The notes beneath the pieces were generated by a model, which saw nothing but the letters and a program-made list of their open reading frames with translations, searched no databases and was not told the origin of the DNA. 56,760 nt of DNA, taken from positions 1 to 56,760 of the IMG/VR virus record IMGVR_UViG_3300044691_000555. One strand, given 5' to 3'. The position numbers and the translations under genes are program-made. This DNA comes from a virus (taxonomy: Duplodnaviria; Caudoviricetes). Of this stretch, positions 17,660 to 26,573 are shown in pieces. Within the stretch, counting starts at the first letter, position 1. Every line of letters starts with the position of its first letter.

Positions 17660-18610
17660 CTACAGCGCCCGCGCCCGGACGAGACCGCCGTCGCTGCCGC
17701 GCCGGCGACCAGGTTGCAGGTGGTCACTGCGGCCGCGGGCGCCGAAGTCCTCGTGCGAATCGCCGGGGAAGACGCACGCGACGTACGCCCGGCGCGAGCC
17801 CGCGTCGTCGCCGTACCACCAGTACCCGCCGAACAAGGAAGCGCGCGGCGTGTCGGGGTCGCCGTCATGGCCCCACACCCACAGATTGCCGGTCGCCTGC
17901 ATCAGGCCGAATTTGCTGGTGCGCGGCGCGTCGAGCCCGGTCAGCTTGGGATCGCGTTTGGCAGAACTCTTTTCCGTGACGCCGAAAGCGGCGGCCGGAA
18001 ACTCGTCGAGGCCGAGCAGCCCCTTGCCATGCTGCGCCATCACCGCGGCCGCGGTCGCATAGTCGAACCGCGCGTAAGGCTGACCGGTCGAAGGGTCGAG
18101 CGGACGGTCGTTGCCGTCGGCTATGGTCACGCCGAATTTGCTGGTGCCGTCGAGATGGCAGGTCGCGCCGGTCAGATAGACATCGCACCAGAACTGTCCG
18201 CCGGGCTTTTGCACCAGCGCCATGCCGCGCGGATCGGGGCACGCGGGGCGAAAATTCAGATCCCACAGCGAACACGGATTGATCGCCGGAATGTCATCGC
18301 CGCCGGCGCGCGCGGTGGCGTTGCCGCCAGATGCGAAGTGAAAGCCGCCAATGACGTCGTCGCTCGACGGAACAGCAAAAGCGCGCAACGCCCGCGCCAC
18401 GCCGCCGGATACGACGACGCCATAATCCGCGCCGACAACCAGCGGACTGGCGAACTCGACCGGTGTCTGCTTTGCGAAACGCTGTCCAGCAAAAACGATC
18501 CCGGCCCGGATCGCGATGGTTTCCGCGCCGGTCGCGATCAGCGCCGGCAGATCGGGGTCTTTCTTGATCAAGATCGCGATCGACCCATCCATCTTGGCAT
18601 GCGCGTTCAT
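17660..18610 (-). CDS. DGR target 2 (remote): Mtd-like C-type-lectin-fold protein
   Basis: Paralogue of 6127-7032 with the same motifs; contains VR2 and the hairpin. Confidence 0.92.
   Translation of the reverse strand: MNAHAKMDGSIAILIKKDPDLPALIATGAETIAIRAGIVFAGQRFAKQTPVEFASPLVVGADYGVVVSGGVARALRAFAVPSSDDVIGGFHFASGGNATARAGGDDIPAINPCSLWDLNFRPACPDPRGMALVQKPGGQFWCDVYLTGATCHLDGTSKFGVTIADGNDRPLDPSTGQPYARFDYATAAAVMAQHGKGLLGLDEFPAAAFGVTEKSSAKRDPKLTGLDAPRTSKFGLMQATGNLWVWGHDGDPDTPRASLFGGYWWYGDDAGSRRAYVACVFPGDSHEDFGARGRSDHLQPGRRRGSDGGLVRARAL
17687..17706 (-). promoter_or_regulatory. DGR target-recognition hairpin after VR2
   Basis: Same stem as at VR1 with loop GGCA (GRNA). Confidence 0.75.
17723..17849 (-). 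repeat. DGR variable repeat VR2
   Basis: 11 mismatches to TR, all at TR adenines (6 A>G, 4 A>T, 1 A>C). Confidence 0.95.
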
Positions 18611-18630
18611 AGGTCAGTCCTCCAGGTTGC

Positions 18631-19026
18631 TCATCGGATGTTGCCCTCGAGCGCTTCCAGCCGCCGCGAGGTGTCGGCCTGCTGCTGACGCAGTTTTGCG
18701 ATCTCGCGAACGGCACGGATGTTGTCGGCCCATGGCGATTTGACGGATGCGATCAGCGCTTCATGGACGAGGTCGCCGATATCGCTGCGCAGCAGGGTCG
18801 CCAGCGCCTTGCCGTCGGGCGCGCCCTTGCCGGACAGCCATCGCTCCACCACGCTGACCGAACGGCCCGACCTGTGGGCAACTTCAGCGGCGCAATTTTG
18901 GGAAAAAATCTGCTTCAATTGCAGCGCGGTAGAAGAAAACCACCCGCATGGATGCGGGAATCGACCCTCATCGCTGCGGGTCGCGGTTTTTGACGGGTTC
19001 CGCTGGTGACGTAGGTTCCCGCTCAT
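18631..19026 (-). CDS. CII-position HTH regulator
   Basis: 'AAEVAHRSGRSVSVVERWLSG..APDG'; directly after cro. Confidence 0.6.
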   Translation of the reverse strand: MSGNLRHQRNPSKTATRSDEGRFPHPCGWFSSTALQLKQIFSQNCAAEVAHRSGRSVSVVERWLSGKGAPDGKALATLLRSDIGDLVHEALIASVKSPWADNIRAVREIAKLRQQQADTSRRLEALEGNIR

Positions 19027-19280
19027 GTGGGCACCTGTTCCGTTTTGCGTTCTTCCATCGCCTTGTCGGCAGCCAACCTCGCGATCAGATCGGCGGTCAC
19101 GCCGCGAATGCCGCGCTTCGTCGCACCCGCGACCGCGTCCGCGACGTATTCCAGCCCGATCCGGTCACGCCTCCGCATCGCCTTCGCCGCGCCGTAGGTT
19201 GCGCCAACGTCGTCAGCGAATTCCTGCAGCCCAGGCCATGCGTCGATGATGTCGCGATGAGAGGAGAAACTGTCGGTCAT
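19023..19280 (-). CDS. cro: Cro-like repressor
   Basis: 85 aa HTH 'IIDAWPGLQEFADDVGATYGAAKAMRRRDRI'; divergent from cI. Confidence 0.75.
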   Translation of the reverse strand: MTDSFSSHRDIIDAWPGLQEFADDVGATYGAAKAMRRRDRIGLEYVADAVAGATKRGIRGVTADLIARLAADKAMEERKTEQVPT

Positions 19281-19361
19281 GAATCATCGGTACTTTTTGT
19301 ACCGATGATTCGTCAAGCGAAAGGTCCAACTTGTACCCGGGATATAGGTACAAAACGGACC
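19281..19361. promoter_or_regulatory. OR-like operator region with three sites
   Basis: GGTACtttttGTACC (19289), GGTCCaacttGTACC (19323), GGTACaaaacGGACC (19347). Confidence 0.85.
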
Positions 19362-19997
19362 ATGAGCGAGGTTTCGGAGCGAATCGCCTTTCTTGGCAAG
19401 CGGATGGGTTGGACAACCCTCTCGCAGGCGGCGGAGGCCTATGGCATCAAATACGAGTCTTTCAAGAAGATCGCGTCCCACAATGCCAGCGATCCGCGCG
19501 GACTGACGGTCGACAACGCCCTAAAGATCGCCCGCTTTCACAAGATTTCGCCCGGCTGGCTGATGTTCAATGAGGGAAGGCCGGGAGGCATCAAGGGGAT
19601 TCCGCTGGAGGGCAAAATCGGCGCCGGCCAGGAGATGATGATCTTCGAAAATCCCGGCAACGAAGAGCCGATCCCCTTTGAAATAGTGGGTGTCGAGGCG
19701 ACGGCGCTGGAGGTCGACGGCGATTCGATGCTTCCGCTCGCCCGCGACGGAGATATCGTGTTCGTCGGACCGTCTCGCAAGGATATCCGGACTTTGGTTG
19801 GCCAGGAATGCGCGGTTCTTTTGGAGGACGGTCGCCGTTTCTTCAAGGTGATCGAAAACGGCTCGGAGAAGGGTCGTTTCGATCTGCGGTCCTACAATGC
19901 AGCACGGATCGAAAACGTTGAGATCCATTCCGCAGGCCCTCTGCTGGCGATCAGGCGAATGTATAAGGACCGAATCGCGAAGCGAAAACGAGGGTAA
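19362..19997 (+). CDS. cI: CI-like repressor (HTH + S24 autopeptidase)
   Basis: N-terminal HTH; 'GAG' cleavage-site motif, 'VDGDSMLP', 'FFKVI'. Confidence 0.9.
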   Translation: MSEVSERIAFLGKRMGWTTLSQAAEAYGIKYESFKKIASHNASDPRGLTVDNALKIARFHKISPGWLMFNEGRPGGIKGIPLEGKIGAGQEMMIFENPGNEEPIPFEIVGVEATALEVDGDSMLPLARDGDIVFVGPSRKDIRTLVGQECAVLLEDGRRFFKVIENGSEKGRFDLRSYNAARIENVEIHSAGPLLAIRRMYKDRIAKRKRG

Positions 19998-20010
19998 GTT
20001 GAGGCCTCCC

Positions 20011-20082
20011 GGTACATAAAAAACCGCCGGATTTCCACAAGGGTACAAATTGTACTTGAGTTGTTAAGGTACTCATTGTACC
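20011..20082. promoter_or_regulatory. OL-like operator region
   Basis: GGTACaaattGTACT (20042), GGTACtcattGTACC (20068), degenerate site at 20011. Confidence 0.8.
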
Positions 20083-20122
20083 TGTTTCCCGTGAAACAAT
20101 TCCGGGAGACTCGCTCGTGGTT

Positions 20123-20467
20123 CTATTCGATCGTTTGCAACCAAATCCGATCTCGGGATGTCGTCATCCATTCCAGGCTAAAGCGCACCGCGCGTTTTCC
20201 GCCGTTCGTGAACAGCATTGCCGTGCAAACACGACGCTCTTCGCTGGAGTCGGAGGCGGATGCAACATCAGCAACATCGAACACCTTGATCGCAGTGCGC
20301 TGTGCGCTGGGAGATTCTTCTATGGCCTGACGAAGTTGAGCGGCGACAGACTTGGCGGTGCAGTCAGGCATTTTTCCCGCCTGTTGTATCCCGCTCTGCT
20401 CCACCCCGGCCCACGCCCAGAGCGACGCGATAAACACCACCGGAATCAGCGCCCAATATCTGCTCAC
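20123..20467 (-). CDS. Exported or membrane-anchored protein, antisense to the rightward operon
   Basis: GTG start with GGAG RBS; N-terminal hydrophobic segment; two Cys. Confidence 0.6.
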   Translation of the reverse strand: MSRYWALIPVVFIASLWAWAGVEQSGIQQAGKMPDCTAKSVAAQLRQAIEESPSAQRTAIKVFDVADVASASDSSEERRVCTAMLFTNGGKRAVRFSLEWMTTSRDRIWLQTIE

Positions 20468-20535
20468 GTGAGGTCTCCCCTCCTGTTAGTCGGGCCGCAT
20501 CTTATCAGCGTCGCAACCGCAACGGGAGGTCTGAT

Positions 20536-21015
20536 TTGATGCCCCGCGCCTCTGATCTCAGCCCGAAACAATTCCGCGACGCCGTGATCGACAACGGTTT
20601 TGCCTATCTCGGCCGGTCGATCGATGCCTACATCGACATCCGACATCCAAAGCGCGGCACCATCAAGCCGGTCACGGCCGGCAAGCAGACGCTGCGGCGG
20701 GAAACTTTTGCGGCGCTGCTCGCCGCCCGCACCACAGCCGAGATCGAAAAGACGCTGGCGGCGGCCGAACGCGCCCGGACCGAGGCCGTTGCCGCCGCCA
20801 TCGCGCCATCGGCATTGCCGCCGTGCCGTGCCGACCTCACCGAGGCTGCTGCGATCGCGCAGCTGGCAGATGATTATCTGACGCGCATGGCGAGCGCTGG
20901 CTGTGTCGGGTTCGGAGACCTTCTGCAGATGGGCTGGAACGCCGACCAATTGAAGCAGCTTGGCGACGCCGCACGCGCCGTTGCTGACCGCAAGCAGATC
21001 GCGGTGCTGGCATGA
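20536..21015 (+). CDS. Hypothetical early protein
   Basis: Strong RBS GGAGG; first gene of the rightward operon. Confidence 0.65.
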   Translation: MMPRASDLSPKQFRDAVIDNGFAYLGRSIDAYIDIRHPKRGTIKPVTAGKQTLRRETFAALLAARTTAEIEKTLAAAERARTEAVAAAIAPSALPPCRADLTEAAAIAQLADDYLTRMASAGCVGFGDLLQMGWNADQLKQLGDAARAVADRKQIAVLA

Positions 21016-21248
21016 TGACAGCCCAACCGGAACTGTTCGACACGCTCGGCGCCGCCGAAGATGTCCTGAAAGCCAGGGGCTTCAGACTCGTTCCGGGCAG
21101 CTGCGACTGGATCGACGATCGCGGTGTCGATGCCGGCATCTACACGGTAGATGGCGCTTACGGCGTTTCAAAGTACCGGATCGAGATTGAGCCGCCACAT
21201 CCCCTGATCGACGGCCCGCTCGCGCCGCTTGCGAGGCGCGTCAGATGA
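21012..21248 (+). CDS. Hypothetical protein
   Basis: ATGA-coupled. Confidence 0.55.
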   Translation: MMTAQPELFDTLGAAEDVLKARGFRLVPGSCDWIDDRGVDAGIYTVDGAYGVSKYRIEIEPPHPLIDGPLAPLARRVR

Positions 21249-21445
21249 CGGCGCACGGATCCGACCGCGCGCATCTGATCGACGACATGGCGGGATTTTT
21301 GCTCCGACGCGGCATCGTCGGCAGCGAGGCGGACGCCGTTCGCGCCCTGTCGTTCGGCCCCTACCGCTTGGGTGACGTCGCCGCCCTCGCCGAGGATGCG
21401 CTGCTGGCGGCGCAACAATCTCCGGCCGTGTCGCGGGGGCGATAA
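21245..21445 (+). CDS. Hypothetical protein
   Basis: ATGA-coupled. Confidence 0.5.
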   Translation: MTAHGSDRAHLIDDMAGFLLRRGIVGSEADAVRALSFGPYRLGDVAALAEDALLAAQQSPAVSRGR

Positions 21446-21657
21446 TGGCAGCCTACCACCCCGCCACGATCGACATGGTGGCCGCGGCGCTGACCCACGT
21501 CCTGCTGACGCCGCGCGAGATCGAGCCACTGCTGCCGATCGACCTGCACCGCACCACGATCCGCAGCGTGCTGCATCTTCTGGTGCGCGACGGCCGCGCC
21601 CTGGCCGAGGGCGATATCTATCAGAGGCGTTACCGCATGGCGGGAGCCGCGATATGA
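21445..21657 (+). CDS. Small wHTH-like protein
   Basis: 'LTPREI...HRTTIRSVLHLLVRDGR...Y' pattern. Confidence 0.55.
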   Translation: MAAYHPATIDMVAAALTHVLLTPREIEPLLPIDLHRTTIRSVLHLLVRDGRALAEGDIYQRRYRMAGAAI

Positions 21658-22478
21658 GTGAGCATTTTCCGGATCAGCCGATCGTGAAGGGCGCCGACGT
21701 CATCTACCGGCCGGCCGGCAACGCCGGCGAATATGCGCCGCTCGCCACCAATCCGTGGCGCGGCTGTGGCCACGGCTGCAAATATTGCTACGTCCCCAAC
21801 GCGACGCACATCGACCGCGCGCTGTTCAACGAAGCCGCCGTCCTGCGCGAGGGTTACATCGAACGGCTCCGCAAGGACGTCGTCCGCCACCGCGAACTGT
21901 CCGGCGGTCCGAACGAGCAGATCTTCATTACCTTCTCCAGCGACCCGTTCCATCGCGGCGATCTTTGCCCGACCGGCCAGGTGATCGACATTTTGCAGGC
22001 GGGCGGTTTGGCGTTCTGCACCTTATCGAAGGGTGGCGAGCGCGCGCTGCCGTTCCTGCCGATATACCGGCCCGATCGCGATGCCTACGCCTGCACGCTG
22101 ACGACACTCGATGACGATTTCTCGCGAAAGTGGGAGCCAAATGCGGCCCTGCCGCGCGACCGAATCGCCACCCTGAGCCGATTCCACGCGGCCGGGATCT
22201 TCACCTGGGTGTCGCTGGAACCGACGCTCGACGTGCAAGCATCGCTCGACATCGTCGCCGAGACCCGCCCTTTCGTCGATCTCTACAAGATCGGCCGCGC
22301 CAATTACCTGAAAGAGATCACGCGGACGACCGACTGGCGCGACTACACGCTGCGGATGATCGACCTCTGCATGGCGCTCGGTATCCGCCACTACATCAAA
22401 AAAGACCTGCAGGAATGGTTGCCGGCCGGCTATCCGAATCCGCTTCGTGTTCCGCAGCACCATGGAGTGCGCCCATGA
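21654..22478 (+). CDS. Radical SAM protein (SPL-like)
   Basis: CxxxCxxC in 'NPWRGCGHGCKYCY'; 'SSDPF'; 'WVSLEP'. Confidence 0.85.
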   Translation: MSEHFPDQPIVKGADVIYRPAGNAGEYAPLATNPWRGCGHGCKYCYVPNATHIDRALFNEAAVLREGYIERLRKDVVRHRELSGGPNEQIFITFSSDPFHRGDLCPTGQVIDILQAGGLAFCTLSKGGERALPFLPIYRPDRDAYACTLTTLDDDFSRKWEPNAALPRDRIATLSRFHAAGIFTWVSLEPTLDVQASLDIVAETRPFVDLYKIGRANYLKEITRTTDWRDYTLRMIDLCMALGIRHYIKKDLQEWLPAGYPNPLRVPQHHGVRP

Positions 22479-22684
22479 TCCGCCACCATTGCCTGAGCTG
22501 CCGCAGCGTCACCCGGCATCGTCACCTGCACGATTGCGCCCACGGCATCCCGGAAACCCACATGGCCGGCAGCGAGCGCTTCGAATGCGCCGCCTGCGGC
22601 CGCACCACCTTCGCCCACAGCCCCGACGCCGACACCTTTGCCTTTGTGCTGGACGGTCAGGCCGCCCGGAGGATCGTCGCATGA
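22475..22684 (+). CDS. Small zinc-finger-like protein
   Basis: CxxC...CxxC; ATGA-coupled. Confidence 0.5.
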   Translation: MIRHHCLSCRSVTRHRHLHDCAHGIPETHMAGSERFECAACGRTTFAHSPDADTFAFVLDGQAARRIVA

Positions 22685-22793
22685 GCCTCTGGTGGATCGT
22701 GCTGTTGGCCGCGCTGATCGCGGCGATCGGCGGCGGCTGGCTGATCATGCGCGCCGTGGCGGCGCCCGATCACACCGATCGCGAGCACGACGC

Positions 22794-22976
22794 ATGACAG
22801 TAGCGGCCGTTCATCCCCAGCAAACGGCAAAACCGCCCGGCGAGGACGTCCTCGCCGTGGCCCGCGCCCTTGCCAAGCTGCACGCCAGGCTGGATCATGA
22901 GGCCGAATTGGCGCGCAGCAAGGACCCGATATGGCCGACTCAGAAAAGCTCCCCGACCCGCGCTATGCCGCTGTGA
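22794..22976 (+). CDS. Small protein upstream of integrase (possible directionality factor)
   Basis: 'VLAVARALAKLHARLDH' amphipathic helix; position only. Confidence 0.4.
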   Translation: MTVAAVHPQQTAKPPGEDVLAVARALAKLHARLDHEAELARSKDPIWPTQKSSPTRAMPL

Positions 22977-23154
22977 CCGAAGCGTTGCTTCGTAAGGCGT
23001 CGGAACAGTTAGACGTGCCCTATGAGCAGCTGACCGCCGAATTACCGCTTTCCGACCCGGAGATCACGGCCCGACATCGCAATCTGATGTTCCCGGCCCG
23101 CCGGCTTTTTGGTTTGGATCGACCCTGGATCAATCCCGTCAAGGATCCGTCCGA

Positions 23155-24816
23155 GTGATCCGCGTCGCCCTCTACACCCGGTTTTCCTCCGACCTGCAGA
23201 ACGACAAGTCGATCGACGACCAGATCGCGTTCTGCCGCGAGATCTGCGCGCGCGAACAATTCGCGGTGACGATGATGTTCGAGGACCGCGAACTGTCCGG
23301 ATCCTCGGCGATCAACCGGCCTGGCTTCCAGGCGATGATGCAGGCCGCCAACGCAAGATTGTTCGAAGTCATCGTCGCCGAGGACATGGACCGCATCTTT
23401 CGCGACCAGGCCGATTACCACGCCGCGCGCAAAGTGCTCGATTTCATCGGCATCGGCATTCATACCGCGACCGGCAGGGTCGGCCGCTTCGATGGCGCGA
23501 TGCGCGCCTTCTTCGGTGAGTACCAGCTGGAGAATCTGGCGCTGCATGTCCGTCGCAGCCTGGAAGGCGTGATCCGCGACGGCCGCCACGCCGGCGGCCG
23601 CGCCTATGGCTACGCCGCGATACCGGGCAAGCCGGGTGAACTGATCATCGCCGAGAACGAAGCCGCGGTCGTGCGGCGGATCTTCGCCGACTTCATCGCC
23701 GGCCGCACCCCGCGCGCGATTGCCGCCGTGCTGAACGCCGATCGGATCCAGGCGCCGCGCGGGGCGCGCTGGAATGCGTCGACCATCAACGGCAACAACG
23801 CCCGCGGCCACGGCATGCTGCTCAACGAACTCTATGCCGGCCGCATCGTCTGGAACAAGGTGCGGATGGTGAAGGATCCCGCCACCGGCAAACGGGTGTC
23901 GCGGCCGAACGATGCGGCGCTGTATCGCCATGCCGACGCGCCGCAGCTGCGCATCGTCGATGACGCGACCTGGTCGGCCGCGCAAGCGGTCAAGGCGCGG
24001 CGCAGCCATATCGGTGCCGCCAAATCGCGCCAGCCGAAGCGGCCGCTGTCAGGCCTGCTGCGCTGCGGATCCTGTGGCGGCGGCATGACGTCGATCGGCA
24101 ACACCCGCGGCACGCCGCGGCTGCAATGCTCGACCTTCAAGGAGAGTGGCGCCTGCAGCAACAGCCGCAAGGTCAGCCGCGACGCGATCGAGCGAAGCGT
24201 GTTCGCCGGCCTGCGCGAGGAGCTAAAGCAGCCGGCCGCGATCGCCGAATACGTCAAGACCTATAACGCCGAGCGCCGCCGGCTGGCGAAGGGCAGCGGC
24301 GAACGAATGGCAAAACTCGGCCGTCGCGATGCCGAGATCGGCCGCGAGCTGGAGCGCCTGGTCGACGCCATCGCCAAAGGCCGCGGCGAGGTCGACGCCC
24401 TGCTGGCGCGGATCGACGGACTCGAGAAGGAACGCCGCGAGATCAAGGCGCAGCTGGCGCTGGCGACCGCCGAGGCCGAGGTGATCACGCTGCACCCGGC
24501 CTCGATCGAACGCTACGCCGCCGATGTCGCCAAACTGGCCGATCTCGCTGCGGCGCCCGGCGGCCTGGTCGAATCGGCCGAACTGCTGGCGGTGCTGCGT
24601 GCCTTGGTCGCGCAGGTGATCGTGCACGCCGAGCCGAATGCGCGCGGATTTGCCGTCGAAGTGAAAGGACGCTTGTCCGAACTGACCGGAACGGCCCTGT
24701 TCCCCTCGCGTTCCAAAGGGGGGGTGATTGATGGTAGCGAGAGAGGGACTCACGCGCTGCCCCCCTCCCGGCCGGAACTACTGTTCAGCTTCCGCTGGAC
24801 GGCCAGGGCAGCCTAG
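23155..24816 (+). CDS. Large serine recombinase (integrase)
   Basis: 'YTRFSS', 'DRIFR', recombinase domain, Zn ribbon 'LLRCGSCG', coiled coil. Confidence 0.95.
   Translation: MIRVALYTRFSSDLQNDKSIDDQIAFCREICAREQFAVTMMFEDRELSGSSAINRPGFQAMMQAANARLFEVIVAEDMDRIFRDQADYHAARKVLDFIGIGIHTATGRVGRFDGAMRAFFGEYQLENLALHVRRSLEGVIRDGRHAGGRAYGYAAIPGKPGELIIAENEAAVVRRIFADFIAGRTPRAIAAVLNADRIQAPRGARWNASTINGNNARGHGMLLNELYAGRIVWNKVRMVKDPATGKRVSRPNDAALYRHADAPQLRIVDDATWSAAQAVKARRSHIGAAKSRQPKRPLSGLLRCGSCGGGMTSIGNTRGTPRLQCSTFKESGACSNSRKVSRDAIERSVFAGLREELKQPAAIAEYVKTYNAERRRLAKGSGERMAKLGRRDAEIGRELERLVDAIAKGRGEVDALLARIDGLEKERREIKAQLALATAEAEVITLHPASIERYAADVAKLADLAAAPGGLVESAELLAVLRALVAQVIVHAEPNARGFAVEVKGRLSELTGTALFPSRSKGGVIDGSERGTHALPPSRPELLFSFRWTARAA
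24732..24751 (-). other. Putative attP core resembling a tRNA 3' end
   Basis: Minus strand GAGTCCCTCTCTCGCTACCA resembles T-arm/acceptor stem plus CCA. Confidence 0.6.
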
Positions 24817-24893
24817 CCATAGCGTCAAACCCGCGCTCCGTCCCAATCCATAGCGTTATTTGCGCAGGCCCCGGCGGCCTCTAGAATGAGGCC

Positions 24894-25169
24894 ATGCCAC
24901 GGGAGCAAAAGATCACCCTCGGCGAAATGCGCGCCAGCGGCCTGCGCCGGCTGCTGGTCTTTTGCGCGGACTACCGCTGCGCCCATTCGGTCACGATCGA
25001 CGCCGATCGATGGACGGACGACGTCAGGCTGTCGGATCTGGAGCCGCGCTTCGTCTGCCAGGCTTGCGGCCACCGCGGCGGCGACGTCCGGCCGAACTTT
25101 GCCGACGCGCCGCCGCCGGGCCGGGCGGAACACGAAAAAGCCCGCGGCGCTCTCGCACCGCGGGCTTGA
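24894..25169 (+). CDS. Small Zn-ribbon protein
   Basis: 'CADYRCAHS...FVCQACG'. Confidence 0.65.
   Translation: MPREQKITLGEMRASGLRRLLVFCADYRCAHSVTIDADRWTDDVRLSDLEPRFVCQACGHRGGDVRPNFADAPPPGRAEHEKARGALAPRA
25135..25167 (-). terminator. Terminator at end of late operon (possibly bidirectional)
   Basis: AAGCCCGCGG-loop-CCGCGGGCTT with flanking A/T run; lies between convergent genes. Confidence 0.7.
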
Positions 25170-25275
25170 TGCCGCGACCGGGGGACATCCGGCCGCGGCG
25201 CACCGTCTGGCAACCTGGAGGGAAATCAGACGGCGAACACGCCGGCCCCTTTGGAGGCACCGGGCGTGGGACGGT

Positions 25276-25971
25276 TCAACCCTTGGTCTGGTCGATCAGG
25301 TCCTGCAGTCCGACGGCCGTGAAGGCGCCGAACGCCTCGCGCAGCCAGGCGCGGACATAGCCGACCAGGATCCGCGAATCGGACTGCTCGATGAAGGCGC
25401 CGAAGGCTTTGGCATGCCGCTGCACCTCGGTGCAGGCACGCGCTTCGAGATGCGGAATGGTGACGACGCGGCTCTGGCTGTTGAGAAAACCGGCAAAGCG
25501 CGGGTCGGATTCCCATTCCTTGTAGCCGCTTTCATTGATGTAGTTTTTCACCAGCAGATGGTGAGCGCCGGCGCCGAGTTTTTGCGAAATCGCCGCCACC
25601 TCGGACAGGCTCGCAGCGCTCGGGCCCAGCACGTGCAGCAGCGCCAGATTGAAGCGGCCGGCGCGCACGTCATCGAGCAGGCCGGTCTTGCCCAGCGACT
25701 CCAGTACGTCCGTGAACAGGCCGGCCTTGATGTCGATCAGCGTGACGCCTGCCAGGCGGTCGAACACCCGCATCTGGTCGTCGACCGACTGCATGTCGAC
25801 GATCTCGCTGGTGTCGGTGAACTGCCGGAGATCGCCGGCCGGCCACTCACCGTCAAAAATCTTGCAGCCGACCTGCCGGTAGCGCATGTAGTCGTCGAGC
25901 GCGCGGCTCACCGTCGTCTTGCCGACGCCGCCCTTGTCGGCGCCGACCATGATCACCAGTGGTTTTGCCAT
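25276..25971 (-). CDS. ParA/MinD-like P-loop NTPase
   Basis: Deviant Walker A 'DKGGVGKTT'; Walker B-like 'TLIDI'. Confidence 0.75.
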   Translation of the reverse strand: MAKPLVIMVGADKGGVGKTTVSRALDDYMRYRQVGCKIFDGEWPAGDLRQFTDTSEIVDMQSVDDQMRVFDRLAGVTLIDIKAGLFTDVLESLGKTGLLDDVRAGRFNLALLHVLGPSAASLSEVAAISQKLGAGAHHLLVKNYINESGYKEWESDPRFAGFLNSQSRVVTIPHLEARACTEVQRHAKAFGAFIEQSDSRILVGYVRAWLREAFGAFTAVGLQDLIDQTKG

Positions 25972-26000
25972 TTTGGTTCGTCCCTTGTTTTGCTGTGGCT

Positions 26001-26198
26001 TCAGGCGTCGCCGCGCTGCAGGCGATCCTGCACCTCGCCGAGCGTCATGGTTTCATCGAGCGGCCCGACACAATCGCCGCACGGCGTTTGCTGACGCCGG
26101 TATTTGTTGCGCGCGCAGCCCTTGCCCTCGCCGCGGCAGGCCCACAGGCAGAACTTGCCATCGGCATCCTTGGCCAGAATGGTGTTGAGGGCCGCCAT
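26001..26198 (-). CDS. Small Cys-rich protein
   Basis: MAALNTIL...; five Cys; coupled to the upstream stop. Confidence 0.45.
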   Translation of the reverse strand: MAALNTILAKDADGKFCLWACRGEGKGCARNKYRRQQTPCGDCVGPLDETMTLGEVQDRLQRGDA

Positions 26199-26443
26199 CA
26201 GTGCGCGCCAAATATAAAAATGATCGCCGCAACGGCCATCATGACCAGGCCGGGACCGAAACAGATCGAGCAGACGATGACGATCGGCGACCACGGCCAG
26301 TGCCAGCCGCGGTTGCTGCCGTAGTCGTCGACCAGCGCGCCGGCGTCACGCCGGCCGGCCGCGACGTCGAGCCTGGTGCAGCGGCTCTCCGCGTAGAACA
26401 GCAGCCAAAGGCCGGGCACCGAGACGATGAGATAGAGGACCAT
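26198..26443 (-). CDS. Small membrane protein
   Basis: Hydrophobic N- and C-terminal segments. Confidence 0.45.
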   Translation of the reverse strand: MVLYLIVSVPGLWLLFYAESRCTRLDVAAGRRDAGALVDDYGSNRGWHWPWSPIVIVCSICFGPGLVMMAVAAIIFIFGAH

Positions 26444-26573
26444 CAGCGGGCCAGGTGTACGATTATTTCAAAGATCACCCAGACGATGCCGGCACCGAGA
26501 GACAAGCAGCCGGCAAAACACGCAAGGCCGGTGAGCCAAAAGCGCGCGACTTCGAATCCGACGGATCGCATGA

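Noticed and set aside
24732-24751. Intact tRNA gene
   Set aside because: Only about 20 nt of 3'-end similarity; no cloverleaf
25276-25971. Plasmid-prophage partition system
   Set aside because: No adjacent parB or parS; the gene is in the late operon and the phage encodes an integrase
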